The notes beneath the pieces are model-generated. The model saw nothing but the letters and a program-made list of their open reading frames with translations, had not been told where the DNA came from and did no database searches. Made by a program: the position numbers and the translations under genes. DNA of 63,936 bases, counting the filler, from Octopus bimaculoides (taxonomy: Eukaryota), in assembly GCF_001194135.2 (NCBI RefSeq). It is 5 parts of 5 records of this genome, joined end to end, with 100 filler letters (N's around TTAATTAATTAA, not from the genome) between each part and the next. Parts side by side here need not be neighbours in the genome. Positions count along the whole stretch, not along the records: positions 1 to 19,359 come from NC_068984.1; positions 19,460 to 33,759 come from NC_068996.1; 3 more parts are not named here. One strand, given 5' to 3'. Below, piece after piece: positions 12,660 to 26,699 of the stretch; within the stretch, counting starts at the first letter, position 1; the number at the start of each line of letters is the position of its first letter.

Positions 12660-13970
12660 ACGCATACACATAAAAATACAAACGCACAAACATACACACA
12701 AATATACCAACAACAGCAACAACAACACCTTTTTCTCTTTCTATGTCAACTCTCTCTCTCTCTCTCTCTCTTTCTCTTTTTATCCTCCCTCTCTCTCAAT
12801 TCTCCCTCTTTCTCCCAACTCACTGTCTCCCTTCTCNNNNNNNNNNNNNNNNNNNNNNNNNNNNNNNNNNNNNNNNNNNNNNNNNNNNNNNNNNNNNNNN
12901 NNNNNNNNNNNNNNNNNNNNNNNNNNNNNNNNNNNNNNNNNNNNNNNNNNNNNNNNNNNNNNNNNNNNNNNNNNNNNNNNNNNNNNNNNNNNNNNNNNNN
13001 NNNNNNNNNNNNNNNNNNNNNNNNNNNNNNNNNNNNNNNNNNNNNNNNNNNNNNNNNNNNNNNNNNNNNNNNNNNNNNNNNNNNNNNNNNNNNNNNNNNN
13101 NNNNNNNNNNNNNNNNNNNNNNNNNNNNNNNNNNNNNNNNNNNNNNNNNNNNNNNNNNNNNNNNNNNNNNNNNNNNNNNNNNNNNNNNNNNNNNNNNNNN
13201 NNNNNNNNNNNNNNNNNNNNNNNNNNNNNNNNNNNNNNNNNNNNNNNNNNNNNNNNNNNNNNNNNNNNNNNNNNNNNNNNNNNNNNNNNNNNNNNNNNNN
13301 NNNNNNNNNNNNNNNNNNNNNNNNNNNNNNNNNNNNNNNNNNNNNNNNNNNNNNNNNNNNNNNNNNNNNNNNNNNNNNNNNNNNNNNNNNNNNNNNNNNN
13401 NNNNNNNNNNNNNNNNNNNNNNNNNNNNNNNNNNNNNNNNNNNNNNNNNNNNNNNNNNNNNNNNNNNNNNNNNNNNNNNNNNNNNNNNNNNNNNNNNNNN
13501 NNNNNNNNNNNNNNNNNNNNNNNNNNNNNNNNNNNNNNNNNNNNNNNNNNNNNNNNNNNNNNNNNNNNNNNNNNNNNNNNNNNNNNNNNNNNNNNNNNNN
13601 NNNNNNNNNNNNNNNNNNNNNNNNNNNNNNNNNNNNNNNNNNNNNNNNNNNNNNNNNNNNNNNNNNNNNNNNNNNNNNNNNNNNNNNNNNNNNNNNNNNN
13701 NNNNNNNNNNNNNNNNNNNNNNNNNNNNNNNNNNNNNNNNNNNNNNNNNNNNNNNNNNNNNNNNNNNNNNNNNNNNNNNNNNNNNNNNNNNNNNNNNNNN
13801 NNNNNNNNNNNNNNNNCTACGTATGTTTTTTCTCTGTGTTTGCGTAGTTGTTTTTCTATTTCTATCCGTGTCTATATTTGTGAATGTGTGTATGTGTGAG
13901 TATGAATATTTCTTTGTTTGCGTGTGTGGACGTAGCTGTATGCGATTGACTGTTATCAAGTACACGCATC

Positions 13971-14018
<48 letters not shown>

Positions 14019-14609
14019 ATGTATGCTTGTTCATATATGTATAAATTACTTAGTGCATATCGTTGTACCTAGCTGCCAGAACCGAAGGATGCGTGTGTAT
14101 GTGTAAACCTCTACATCTCTGTATTCCCTTTTTCTTTAAACCCCTCTACTTTTCTTTTTTAATAGGGTCCACTTTTTGGAAAAATATATTGTGTGTATGT
14201 ATGTGTGCATTAATTGTGTGTCACTATGTGCGTGCAAATTGTATATAAGTGTGTCTGTATCTGCGTACAAATTGTGTGTACGTATGAATGTGCTTATTGT
14301 GTATACGTGTGTATGCATGCGTGTATAGCTTGTGTATGTGTAAATTTGTACACAAATTGTGTCTACGTGCGTGTGTACAAATTGTATGTGTGTATATGCA
14401 TGTCTATGTGTGTATGTATGCACGTACAAACTTCGTGTATGTCGGCACACATTGTGTGTATGTATGCGTGTGGCAGTATGAAAGTGGTGTACTGACTAAC
14501 ACTATTAATCTAACACCAGTGTACTCAAACCGCCATATTACCTAAGCTCTTGAGGAAGCGCCACGGTTGGCTGGCGATTTTAGCTCCCTGCTCTACATAC
14601 TCCCCAACT

Positions 14610-14758
14610 GCATGATGGGAAAGATCGATAATCGATTAAATTGATACCTATTCTTCAAGCTACCGAGGTGAAAATCAAAGTTGATGCCAGCGTGATTTGA
14701 ACTCACAATCTACCCAACATATTGTGTCCGACGCTCTAACGGTTCTGCCAATCCACCG
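14610..14758 (-). mobile_element. SINE family B, degenerate
   Basis: Reverse complement: ggattggcagaaccgttagagcgtcggac...gtgagttcaaatcacgc. Confidence 0.6.
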
Positions 14759-14867
14759 TTGTCGACAAATTACCCTGGTCAGACATTGTTGGAAAGGATT
14801 ATTATCAATGGTGTTCCAAACATGACCATCTCATCATTATATTTGTAGGATTAAACTGCGGAATGTA

Positions 14868-15286
14868 TTCTTTTACTCTTTTACTCTTTTACTCTTTTAC
14901 TTGTTTCAGTCATTTGACTGCGGCCATGCTGGGGCTCCGCCTTTAGTTGAACAAATCGACCCCAGAACTTATTCTTTGTAAGCCTAGTACTTATTCTATC
15001 GGACTATTTTGCCGAACTGCTAAGTTACGGAGACGTAAAGACACCAGCATCGGTTGTCAAGCGATGGTGGGGAGACAAACACAGACACACAAACATATAC
15101 ACACACATACGCACACACACACACACACACATATGACGGGCTTCTTTCAGTTTCTGTCTACCAAATCCACTCACAAAGCCCAAGGCTATGGTAGAAGACA
15201 CTTGCCCAAGGTGCTACGCAGTTGGACTGAACCCGGAACATAGCGGTTGGTAAGCAAACTACTTGCCACACAGCCACTTCTGCGCC
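14868..15286 (-). mobile_element. SINE family A, full length with internal (CA)n and (AAAAGAGT)n tail
   Basis: Reverse complement of the 9260 copy. Confidence 0.9.
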
Positions 15287-16154
15287 TATTATACATATTA
15301 TATATATATATACAATATATATATTTCATATAGATATATATATACATACATATATATATACATACACACATATATAATATATATATATTATCTANNNNNN
15401 NNNNATATATATATATATATATATACATATGTTTTATTTGATCAACTTTGCTATTTTCATATACTCTCCGTCTGAATTTATTTCTTGAAAATCGGTATAT
15501 TGTAACGTTTTTCAGTTGTCATTTCTCTAATCGTTTCGACTTTGCTTTCTTATTGCATAACCGTATCCTATTTTGATATGCAATATCGATCGTTGAAAGG
15601 TCTATTTATTTGCGTCTTACTTAGTAAAATGAGGTATTCAGTAGCTGTGCAATCTCTGCCGATTGATCAAGTCATTCTTGTCCTGTTTTGCCAAATTTGT
15701 TGTTCAATTTACTTCGTAAATGTTTATTTTGTACCTGAAATCCCTAAAGATATATCTTATATTGTTTTGTACCATATTTCTATCGGCCTATTTCACCCTT
15801 GTTTACCAGTATGACAGCTTTCAAACACAAATTTTCGTTGCTTACATGGAATTGTTCATCTGTATATCGTTTCCTATTAACCAATACTATAGTCATTGTG
15901 TTTGTTTGTCTGTTATGCAATCGCGCCATTTTGTTATGTCGTTTATCGCTTATTCAGTGGTTTGTTCAGTAGTTGTCCCGTATCAACCATGTGATTACGT
16001 CAGTTCTATCCTATTTTCTTAACAGTATAAGAGTGACGTCGTCCTATGTATTTCATAAATGGCTATTTTAGGATTTAAAATCACCAAAGACATTTTCATA
16101 AAATCTACGAAGTGAAGAGACTTTATAACTGGTGCCATAAAAAGTATCATTGTT

Positions 16155-16192
<38 letters not shown>

Positions 16193-16894
16193 TGTGTGTG
16201 TGTACGTGTGTGTGTGTGTACGTGTGTGTGTGTGTACGTGTATGTGTGTGTATGTGTGTATGTGTGTGTGTGTTAGGAGAGTCATTACGCCAATAATAAT
16301 GACACATGCTCTGATCCAATTCCACATCTTTATTGTTAACCAAACGGTTAATTATCTAACCAATTAACAAATCGATCGTTTGTTTAACGTGCTGGTTAAA
16401 CAATCAACCGGTTATCTATTATCTATTCTTTCGTCACTGTTCGCAACCATTTCAGTGACACGTGACTTAAACTCTTGCACCAATGTCTACTTTCTGTGAG
16501 TTACTTTACTTTGTTGCACGCTCTTGGAGGCATCGGTGCGATTCTTGACTAGTATTCATGACTATTTATTTCACCGGTTGGCGACGGGACCTTTATGTTA
16601 TTCTCAGTTCGGAGCCATTTAAAAAGATTAATATAATCTGGTATCAGCAGCATGATTTAATATCATACCCATGTTGACAGATTATTTTATTCTGCATGGC
16701 ACGGGGTATAGCTGACAACCCTTCATATAAGGGTGGTACAATCTAGTCGCCTCCACTATAAATTTTTATATTATCCTCCTGAAGTCCCTTGAACAAAATC
16801 CATAATTGACGGCGCTGCTTCAGAAGGGTCTCAATATACATACGGGAACAAATTAAGGAGTCAAACCCTATTTTGTACAATCTCAATTATCATT

Positions 16895-17100
16895 TATTTG
16901 TTTCAGTCATTAGACTGCGGCCATGCTGGGGCATAGCCTTGAATAATTTTTAGTCAAAGGAATCGGCCCAATATTTTTTTATCTCCTCTCTAATGCCTAT
17001 TCTATCGGTTTGTTTTGCCAAAAATCTAAATTATGGAGACGTAAACAAACCAACACCGGCAGTCAAGCGGTGGGGCAGGAGAAACAGTGACACAAAGTCA
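16895..17100 (-). mobile_element. SINE family A, 3' half
   Basis: gtttcagtcattagactgcggccatgctgg...tattctatcgg...ggagacgtaaac. Confidence 0.75.
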
Positions 17101-17137
17101 CAGTGAGATAGACACACACATACATGTATATGTATAT

Positions 17138-17197
<60 letters not shown>

Positions 17198-17200
<3 letters not shown>

Positions 17201-17320
17201 TCGAAACGTAAAAGACTTTCTCACTTTCCGAGCGTTAAATTAATACATCTGTTTTTTGTCTACACCACTTGTCTTCGTCTTTTGTTTTGCCTTTTTTTTT
17301 TTGTAAATTCTCACTATTTA
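17198..17320 (+). mobile_element. Probable Penelope-like pLTR fragment starting in the 3' half of a hammerhead motif
   Basis: ggctcGAAACGTAaaagac... follows (TA)n; GAAAC-GTA is the typical PLE hammerhead stem III and cleavage motif. Family call is inference. Confidence 0.45.
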
Positions 17321-18646
17321 TGCATGTATGTATGTATATATATATTCATACATACATGTATACATATATATATATTCACTTAATATACAACAGTTTTCCA
17401 CATAGTTTCCGTATGCCAAGTTTACTCACAAGGCAGTCACAACTGCGCCAGTGTCTGCATACATACATAAATACATACATAATACAACATAACCCTAACT
17501 CGCACAATACAATTACTATCTGTAGAAAAGTAACATACGAAAGACTTTTATAATGTTTAAAATGTGACATCATTTTTGTAGTATGGAAACAAGCATGTCT
17601 GTACACACTCTTGTTTCCGTTTTCTTTTTAAGACATTAAATTTCGATTTGATGGAGATTTAGCTGCTAATCCTGGCAAGTCAAACACGTAAAGACTGACT
17701 CTTCGGTTCGTCATATTTGCAATTTTTGTTACATTGTTTCAACTCCTGATCGCTCTGATCGAGCAGAAATATGCTCAATGACATTCAAGTTGTGACTAAT
17801 CAGTCTTTCATTCAGACAGACTCTATCTAGAATTACAATATCGAATGTATTTTGCGTTTAAAAAGAAAAAAAAAAAAAACAACCTAGGGTATAGATTGAG
17901 GCAGATTCAGCTGCACTCTCTATTTCTAGCAGATCATAATACCGTATAGAGGATCACTAGTTGGCGCTGCGTTAAAATTTAGTTGTTTACAGAGCCTGAT
18001 ATATATACGATTACTGGGAATGAATCAGAGATGTTTTCTGACCGAGGAGAGGGTCAGAAGCGCGAGAGAACTGGAGACACAGGGGTTGGAAGAGTAAGGG
18101 GTGGGGGATTATCGTTATCTAAGCTAAACNNNNNNNNNNNNNNNNNNNNNNNNNNNNNNNNNNNNNNNNNNNNNNNNNNNNNNNNNNNNNNNNNNNNNNN
18201 NNNNNNNNNNNNNNNNNNNNNNNNNNNNNNNNNNNNNNNNNNNNNNNNNNNNNNNNNNNNNNNNNNNNNNNNNNNNNNNNNNNNNNNNNNNNNNNNNNNN
18301 NNNNNNNNNNNNNNNNNNNNNNNNNNNNNNCAGGAATTTTCTGCCGTTGAGATCGATATTGGGCAACATGCATGGTGCTTGACTCAGACTTCAGTCCATT
18401 TCTACAGAGTGGTTGGCGAAGGGACAAATATAACGGCATTTGTTTAAAATTCCTTCACTAAATTCCTTGCGTCGTATATATATATATATATATATATATA
18501 CATAGATAGATAGATAGATACATACATACATACATACATACATGCATACATACATACATACATAAATACATATATAGTTGCATGCTTATACAAATATATA
18601 CATTTATACATACATATTTATATGTGTATATATACATATACGTGTG

Positions 18647-18690
<44 letters not shown>

Positions 18691-19326
18691 NNNNNNNNNN
18701 GAGAGAGAGAGCTGCGTATGTATATATATATATATATATATACATACTAATGCTATATTCGTATATGTGAGTATACATGTATATATGTGTGTGTGGGACT
18801 GTATGTGTATGTATGTTTGTTTGAATGTGTCCATGTTTATAGATGCATGTGAGTGTGTGGTGCGAAGAATGTATATGTATTTATGATCATGTGTAAATAT
18901 TTATGTGCCTATTGGTGTATGTGCATTTCTGTAAGCCTTCATCCATATTTATATGTATATATATATGCATGCGGGTATGTATGTATATGTATGCATATGT
19001 GCGTATATGTGTGTGAGAGCGCGTGCATGTGCGTACGTGTATGGGAGAGAGCGTTGGGCCAGGGTGTAGGATGACAACTTTGCTAATCTTGAATAAATGC
19101 TTCACATCTCGTCACTGTACTGCACACAGTGTCCATAGAGAAGATAGTTAGCTCTGTATGACTCATCCCCTTCTATCTGTCAATAGACACCATGAGGAGG
19201 GGACGTCTGTGGCAGTAACCAAGCGAACAGCTATAAAATTGATGTGTTTCTTTAGATAATATCCATGAGGTGGAGTTTAGCACATAGAGAAAGATGGGTT
19301 TCATTTGACTGACTTGTCACATATAA

Positions 19327-19359
<33 letters not shown>

Positions 19360-19459
19360 NNNNNNNNNNNNNNNNNNNNNNNNNNNNNNNNNNNNNNNNN
19401 NNNTTAATTAATTAANNNNNNNNNNNNNNNNNNNNNNNNNNNNNNNNNNNNNNNNNNNN
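19360..19459. other. Artificial scaffold-join linker N44-TTAATTAATTAA-N44
   Basis: Exactly 100 nt; the same linker occurs at 33760, 55482 and 62780. The 12-mer gives stops in all six frames. Confidence 0.95.
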
Positions 19460-19497
19460 TCTTACACACATACACACACATCTTTATATTTATGATA

Positions 19498-19657
19498 GAT
19501 GCAGGTGTGGCTGTGTGGTAAGAAGCTTGCTTCCCAACCACATGGTTCCAGTTTCAGTCCCACTGCATGGCACCTTGGGCAAGTGTCTTCTACTATAACT
19601 TCAGGCTGACCAAAGCCTTGTGAGTGGATTTGGTAGACTGAAACTGAATGAAGGCCG

Positions 19658-19696
<39 letters not shown>

Positions 19697-19870
19697 TATG
19701 TGTGTCCTTGTGTCTGTGTTTGTCCCCACCACCATTGCTTGACAACTGATGCTGGTGTGTTTATGCCTCCATAACTTAGCAGTTTGGCAAAAGAGACTGG
19801 GGTTAATTTATTCGACTAAAGGTGGTGCTCCAGCATGGCTGCAGTCAAATGACTGAAACAAGTAAAAGAA
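19498..19870 (+). mobile_element. SINE family A, full length with internal (TA)n
   Basis: Colinear with the 9260 copy; most CpGs decayed to TpG/CpA. Confidence 0.9.
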
Positions 19871-19965
19871 AAAACAATATATTTATAATGTGTGTGTGTG
19901 CATGCATGTGCGCACGCTCATGTGTGTGTGTGTGCATGCATGTGCGCACGCTCATATGTGTGTGT

Positions 19966-20011
<46 letters not shown>

Positions 20012-20016
20012 TAGTG

Positions 20017-20053
<37 letters not shown>

Positions 20054-20539
20054 AAAAAATTTCAGGTATGAAAGCAAAACAGAATCAAAGGGCCTTAAAT
20101 TTAATTTAGCAAAGATTTAACAATCCAGAAAACAGACAGGATGCTACTCTGATCAGGTAAATAGGCCCTACTTCATCATCATCATAATCATCCAATGTTT
20201 TAAATCCAGGTTTTGTCCCTGTTAATGGGGATCGCTGGATCTACCTCAATGCCATAGCAACCAATAGATAGGTGCAGCGTACCCCAACCTTTGGGCTGGC
20301 TGGCTGGCTGGTGCCCATTCTCCTTTGCTATCATGAGGCTTTTTTGGAGCTGGATTTTCTATGGGAAGCATGCCCTTGCTTTACCCCCCCCCCCCGTCCT
20401 CAGTTTCTAGACATAAGTGGTCCTGAGACCAAGGCCTCTACCACGAGTTTTAAGAAATGTGGTGGAAAACTAGCTCAGGGGAGGCAGGGATGCTACTCCC
20501 TGAGACCTTGATATGAAGAAAAGGTACAGGCAGGAATTA

Positions 20540-21050
20540 ACTGGACATAATAGGCATCAGATTTAGTATGGAAGAAAGAAAACTGTTGATATGGTCGTGT
20601 GACGTGTATGGATGAGGACAGCTGCATAGAGGAGTTCTATCACTAAATGTGGACAGGACTTGTTCAAGAGCACAGGCGAGCTGGCAGAATCATTAGCAGA
20701 CTGGGCGAAATGCTTAGCGGTATTTCGTTTGCCGTTACGTTCTGAGTTCAAATTCCGCCGAGATCGACTTTGCCTTTCATCCTTTCGGGGTCGATAAATT
20801 AAGTAAGTACCAGTTACGCACTGGGGTCGATGTAATCGACTTAATCCGTTCGTCTGTCCTTGTTTGTTCCCTCTGTGTTTAGCCCCTTGTGGGCAATAAA
20901 GAAATAAGAACCTGTGCAAGACAAGTCCCAGGGAGACATGGTGTGAAGTAACCAAAGTTTATTTGAAACTGTAGAGTCTTATGCAGGAGATGACAAAGGA
21001 TCAAGATGATTCACAATTTGTTGTAATCAAGGAGACGCATCCACTCAGCA
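20540..21050 (+). mobile_element. Degenerate RTE LINE C-terminal fragment split by a SINE B insertion
   Basis: 20540-20670 and 20908-21050 align to consecutive parts of 55225-55481 (ERRLRWYGH...RGRPRKTW). Confidence 0.65.
20675..20909 (+). mobile_element. SINE family B, full length, young
   Basis: ggcgagctggcagaatcattagc...ctggggtcgatgtaatcgac...aataaagaaataagaa; CpGs retained. Confidence 0.9.
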
Positions 21051-23845
21051 AAATGATGAGGTCCTAAAGGCGTATAATTTATGTATATACCCTCATATCC
21101 CAATCTGTTCCAGTCAAACCATCCACACTTCCCAACATCCATCCTTCCATCACTCGACTAACTACAGCACTATTTGCTCAGATGCTGTAGCTATAAAGGA
21201 GCAGAATTGCTCATATTTATGCCCACTTTTGTACTACCATTTATCCCTGTCCTAGGAACCACTTCTCTTAGAATCCCTTCCCTTGTTACTCAACATCATC
21301 CCTTACCACTTTATTTTCCACTGAATTCATTTTTCCCAAAACATCCTCCATATCTGCAATTGACGACCCAGCCACCACCACCGCTGCCGCCACCACCACC
21401 ACCACCACCATCTGCCACNNNNNNNNNNNNNNNNNNNNNNNNNNNNNNNNNNNNNNNNNNNNNNNNNNNNNNNNNNNNNNNNNNNNNNNNNNNNNNNNNN
21501 NNNNNNNNNNNNNNNNNNNNNNNNNNNNNNNNNNNNNNNNNNNNNNNNNNNNNNNNNNNNNNNNNNNNNNNNNNNNNNNNNNNNNNNNNNACCACCACCA
21601 CCACCACCACCACCACCACCTTATCATTCATTAAATCCATCCCTGCTTATATCTGCTGGCTGTCTCTGTTATTGTGCATCCCACACTTTACATCATCTCC
21701 CTATTTCTCATCTATCTATGGTTTTTAACTACCACCTGGTCGAAATTTACCTCTCAACCTCTCTGTTGCTTTTCTGTACTCAACACCATATTCTATAGAC
21801 ATTACCACAGTCCACCTAGGTACCACCAGATCATCTGGTAATGTTACATATGATATACTGGTGTCCTATCCTGGTGGAGATTTATCTCTCATCCTCCCTG
21901 TTGTGTTTCTCAACACTACTCTACATTACCACAGTCTACCTAGGTACCACCAGTTCATCTGGTATTGTTACCTGTGGTAGACTATGTACTGCATGAGTAA
22001 CAAATGAGTTTCGTTTCTATGCAGTTACTCAACTTCCTAGAAATAGCAACCATATCCCTTTTAAATGCTGTTTTAAGAACTAAAGGACACATTGACTAAT
22101 GTGGTCATAGACACATTATACTTAAAAAAAATAAAAAACAAAAAAAAACATGTGATGGTCACTGTTGGAATTCCTTTGATTATGGGCCAACAGTGGGGAG
22201 GTTTCACATGGAGCTGCACAATTTTTGTCAGCAGCATTGTCAATATCACTATTACTATCTATCTACCACCAGCACCAGCACCATCACCAGCACCACCACC
22301 AGCAAAACCACCACCACCACTAACACCACCACCACCACCACCACCACCACCACCACCACNNNNNNNNNNNNNNNNNNNNNNNNNNNNNNNNNNNNNNNNN
22401 NNNNNNNNNNNNNNNNNNNNNNNNNNNNNNNNNNNNNNNNNNNNNNNNNNNNNNNNNNNNNNNNNNNNNNNNNNNNNNNNNNNNNNNNNNNNNNNNNNNN
22501 NNNNNNNNNNNNNNNNNNNNNNNNNNNNNNNNNNNNNNNNNNNNNNNNNNNNNNNNNNNNNNNNNNNNNNNNNNNNNNNNNNNNNNNNNNNNNNNNNNNN
22601 NNNNNNNNNNNNNNNNNNNNNNNNNNNNNNNNNNNNNNNNNNNNNNNNNNNNNNNNNNNNNNNNNNNNNNNNCCACCACCACCACCACCACCACTATTGC
22701 CTCTGGTTCTGCCAATGCCACAGCTATCGCAGCCCCTGTCACTAATACCACTGCCGCCACCATACATCAATGCCAGTGCTGCCCTCAAAGTTACTCCCAC
22801 CACTGCCACTGTTCCTAGCACTACAATTCTTACTATCAACACCATTTGCATCACAACTTAAGCCACCACTGCCACCACCACCACCACCACCACCACAACC
22901 ATCACCACCACGACCACCACCAATCTACACTACACTGCCCTACCCCAGGGCTGACTGTAACCAGCACAACATACCTGCTCTATAAACTTGCCGGGGTTAA
23001 TAAGTAAGCCGGCTGGGGACTTCAGGTAATGGGTTTCTAATGCAGGACACAGCATGAACATCACAGTATCACACAATAGCCTATCACACTAATCCAAATA
23101 GCACAGCACAGACTGGACATGATGAAATCAACTCTTATTTCACAGCCTAGAGAGAAAGAGAGAGAGAGAGAGGTCAAGGAGTTTGACCAACTTAACTCCT
23201 TGCCTGGTCAGTTGAAGTAAGTTGGCTGACAGAATGGTTTAATATATCCTTAAACTCTGTAAAATGAAAGGTGGAGGAGGAGTATGAGGAGGGGGAAGGA
23301 AGAGGGGAAGAGGTGGGATAGGAGGAGGCGGCTATTGGTGAGTCATAGCTGCGTTTTTTTTTTAATGGGTGGGAGGCTTGGGAACTGCTTGTTAGTGGGA
23401 GAGATGGCAAGCTGGTTGCCGAGTGTATTGGCACTTTGTACTGCACATCACATTCACACACATGCACAGACACACACACACACACACACATACAGACATA
23501 AACATACATACACTCATATGCAAACACACATGAAAACATAAACTGGCAGACAGCATATACAAAACAGTATGTAGGCATGCCCATGTATATATGAATGAAT
23601 ATGCATATATATATATATATATATATATANNNNNNNNNNNNNNNNNNNNNNNNNNNNNNNNNNNNNNNNNNNNNNNNNNNNNNNNNNNNNNNNNNNNNNN
23701 NNNNNNNNNNNNNNNNNNNNNNNNNNNNNNNNNNNNNNNNNNNNNNNNNNNNNNNNNNNNNNNNNNNNNNNNNNNNNNNNNNNNNNNNNNNNNNNNNNNN
23801 NNNNNNNNNNNNNNNNNNNNNNNNNNNNNNNNNNNNNNNNNNNNN

Positions 23846-24192
23846 ACTGCCTTTAGTCGAGCAAATTGACCCCAGGACTTATTCTTTGTAAGCCTAGTAC
23901 TTATTCTATCGGTCTCTCTTGCCGAACCGCTAAGTGACGGGGACATAAACAGACCAGCATTGGTTGTCAAGTGATGTTGGGGTGACAAACACAGACACAC
24001 AAACATATACATACATATATATATATATGACGGGCTTCTTTCAGTTTTGGCCTACCAAATCCACTCACAAGACTTTGGTCGGCCTGAGGCTATATAGTAG
24101 AAGATACTTGTCCAAGGCGTCACACAGTGGGACTGAACCTAGAATCATGTGGTTGGTAAGCAAACTACTTACCACACAGCCACTCCTGCACC
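23846..24192 (-). mobile_element. SINE family A (3' end in gap)
   Basis: Colinear with 14868-15286. Confidence 0.88.
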
Positions 24193-24233
<41 letters not shown>

Positions 24234-25340
24234 TATGTATATATGTATATGTATATGTATATATATATACATATACATATATATACATACATAAATATAT
24301 GTGTATATATGTACATATACATGTATATTCATATACACATACTCACATATACGTATACACACATACACACATATATGTATACACACACATACACGTACAT
24401 ATATATGCACATATATACACATACTTGCTATGTGAAGGATGTATAAATGCATGTATGTGTATATGTGTTTGAGTGTGTGTGTGCACGTGTGTATGTGTGC
24501 ACGTGTGTATGTGTGCACGTGTGTATGTGTGCACGTGTGTATGTGTGCACGCGTGTGTGTGTCTTTGTAATGTGTGTACATTATATATATTTTTGAAAAT
24601 AAAACAATTCAAGTTATAGAAAGTTTATAATACAGGTTGATGATTTTTATTATTACCTGGTATTTCAATATTTCAGGACTCCTTCTTGAGAAAATCTACA
24701 GAGAAAAGGAGTTGATAGCAGAGGAGGGGTCCTAGCCTTAAAATATTCAAATGCCAGGTAATAGTAATAAACATCAACCTCTATTATTGATTTTTTAGAA
24801 TTCGTGTTAGTTTGACTTACATAAATTTTTGTTTATTCCATGTCAGACCATGCCTTTCTTAAAAGATAAGTTTCTCGATCAGACAGACTTGTGCAATTGT
24901 TTGTAAAAAACTTCGTTGAGGATTTTTCATCTTTAAATTATTTAGATGTCTGTTTGACTGTTTCACATGACTTTATTCATTAAAACTTATTAAAACTTCA
25001 AAAGTTCTTACTACTTTGGTCGTTGTAATGCTTTGCTTTCGTTTGTTTAATAAAAATTCCTCCTTGTAATGATTTTGCTTTCATTTTGTGATAGACAGAT
25101 ATGCAGAAAATGTCAGCTTCCAAATCCTGTTTTCTGATTAGGTAAAATTGATTAAACTTTAGACCTCAGTAACATTTTCCTGAAATCTTTCTGGAACAAA
25201 TAAATAACAAAATTTTATTTAACGTGGAAAATTATTTCAATATACCAAATTTGAAAATTTTGGCATAATTTGAAAATTTCACACTATGTGACAGCAACAG
25301 GGAAAACCCAACGAGAGTAGAGAGACAGACAGTTATAAGA

Positions 25341-25342
25341 TG

Positions 25343-25432
<90 letters not shown>

Positions 25433-25843
25433 GCATGCACAAATACACACACACACACAAACACAAACACACACACAAACACAAACACACGCACACACAC
25501 ACACATGCACACTCTCACACACACACACTCACACACACACACACATACACACACAGACATACACACACACACTTACAAAACGTACACTGAGGTAATCATG
25601 GGCTTAAAATGGTGTATATTAGACATGTATATATGTATGTATGTATGCATATATATGTATGTATGTATGTGTGTGTGTGTGTCTGTATGTGAGTGTTTCC
25701 TTGTAATGGACAGCAGAAAAGCCACCAACCCACTCTTTCCCTAAAGCTATGTATTCCTCACACCCACCTTTCTTTCCCTTCCTTAATATTTTAAAAGTTA
25801 CTTATGTGTATGTGCGTGTGTGTGTGTGTATACATGTATACAT

Positions 25844-25882
<39 letters not shown>

Positions 25883-25896
25883 CATGTATTTATATA

Positions 25897-25928
<32 letters not shown>

Positions 25929-25944
25929 CATATGTTTATATATT

Positions 25945-25975
<31 letters not shown>

Positions 25976-25990
25976 CTGTGTTTGTACCCC
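25341..25990. repeat. Long (CA)n/(TA)n/(TG)n compound microsatellite block
   Basis: Seen directly. Confidence 0.95.
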
Positions 25991-26166
25991 ACCATTACTT
26001 GATAACTGATGTTGCTGTGTTTACATCCCTGTAAATTAGCTGTTTGGCAAAACACTCCAATAGAATAAGTACTAGGCTTACAAAGAATAAACCCTGGGGT
26101 CGATTTCTTCGACTAAAGGCAGTGCACAAGCATGTCCGCAGTCACATGACCTGAACAAGTAAAACA
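25973..26166 (+). mobile_element. SINE family A, 3' half
   Basis: tagaataagtactaggcttacaaagaataa...ctggggtcgatt...gactaaaggc. Confidence 0.8.
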
Positions 26167-26225
26167 AAAAAAAAAACTATGCCATTTTAATTTTTAATCC
26201 CGAGCAATACCAGATATCTCAACTA

Positions 26226-26264
<39 letters not shown>

Positions 26265-26337
26265 CACATATGTGTGTTTGTGCTTGTGTATGTGTGTATA
26301 TAGATGTATATACATATATGCATATATATATACATAG

Positions 26338-26445
26338 ACTGGAGCCTGGTGTTGCCATCCGGTTTCACCAGTCCTCAGTCAAATCGTCCAACCCATGCTA
26401 GCATGGAAAGCGGACGTTAAACGATGATGATGATGATGATGCATA
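26338..26445 (+). mobile_element. RTE LINE extreme 3' end with (GAT)n tail
   Basis: cagtcctcagtcaaatcgtccaacccatgctagcatggaaagcggacgttaaacgatgatgat; reverse complement of the 3' end of the 49965 element. Confidence 0.8.
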
Positions 26446-26699
26446 TATGAAGAAAGGTGAATGTATTTGTGAGTAAGTATGAGTGTAAATCTACTTTCTG
26501 AATCTGGAGCAACGACCAGTGCCGATGATGTCATTAATGGTCAGTTAAACTGTTACAGAACAACATCTGCAAGGAATACATGATAGAGGAGGAGATTATT
26601 CTTGTACATGGATGTTTTGTGGTGTAATGATTGGGAATAATTGTTAGTATGAGATCAAGGAGAAGAGGAGTAGCTTTGCCATTTATGCCTTTTGTTTGT

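Noticed and set aside
15440-16860. Possible ancient LINE in unique-looking sequence
   Set aside because: Only faint motif resemblance with many stops; I cannot support a call.
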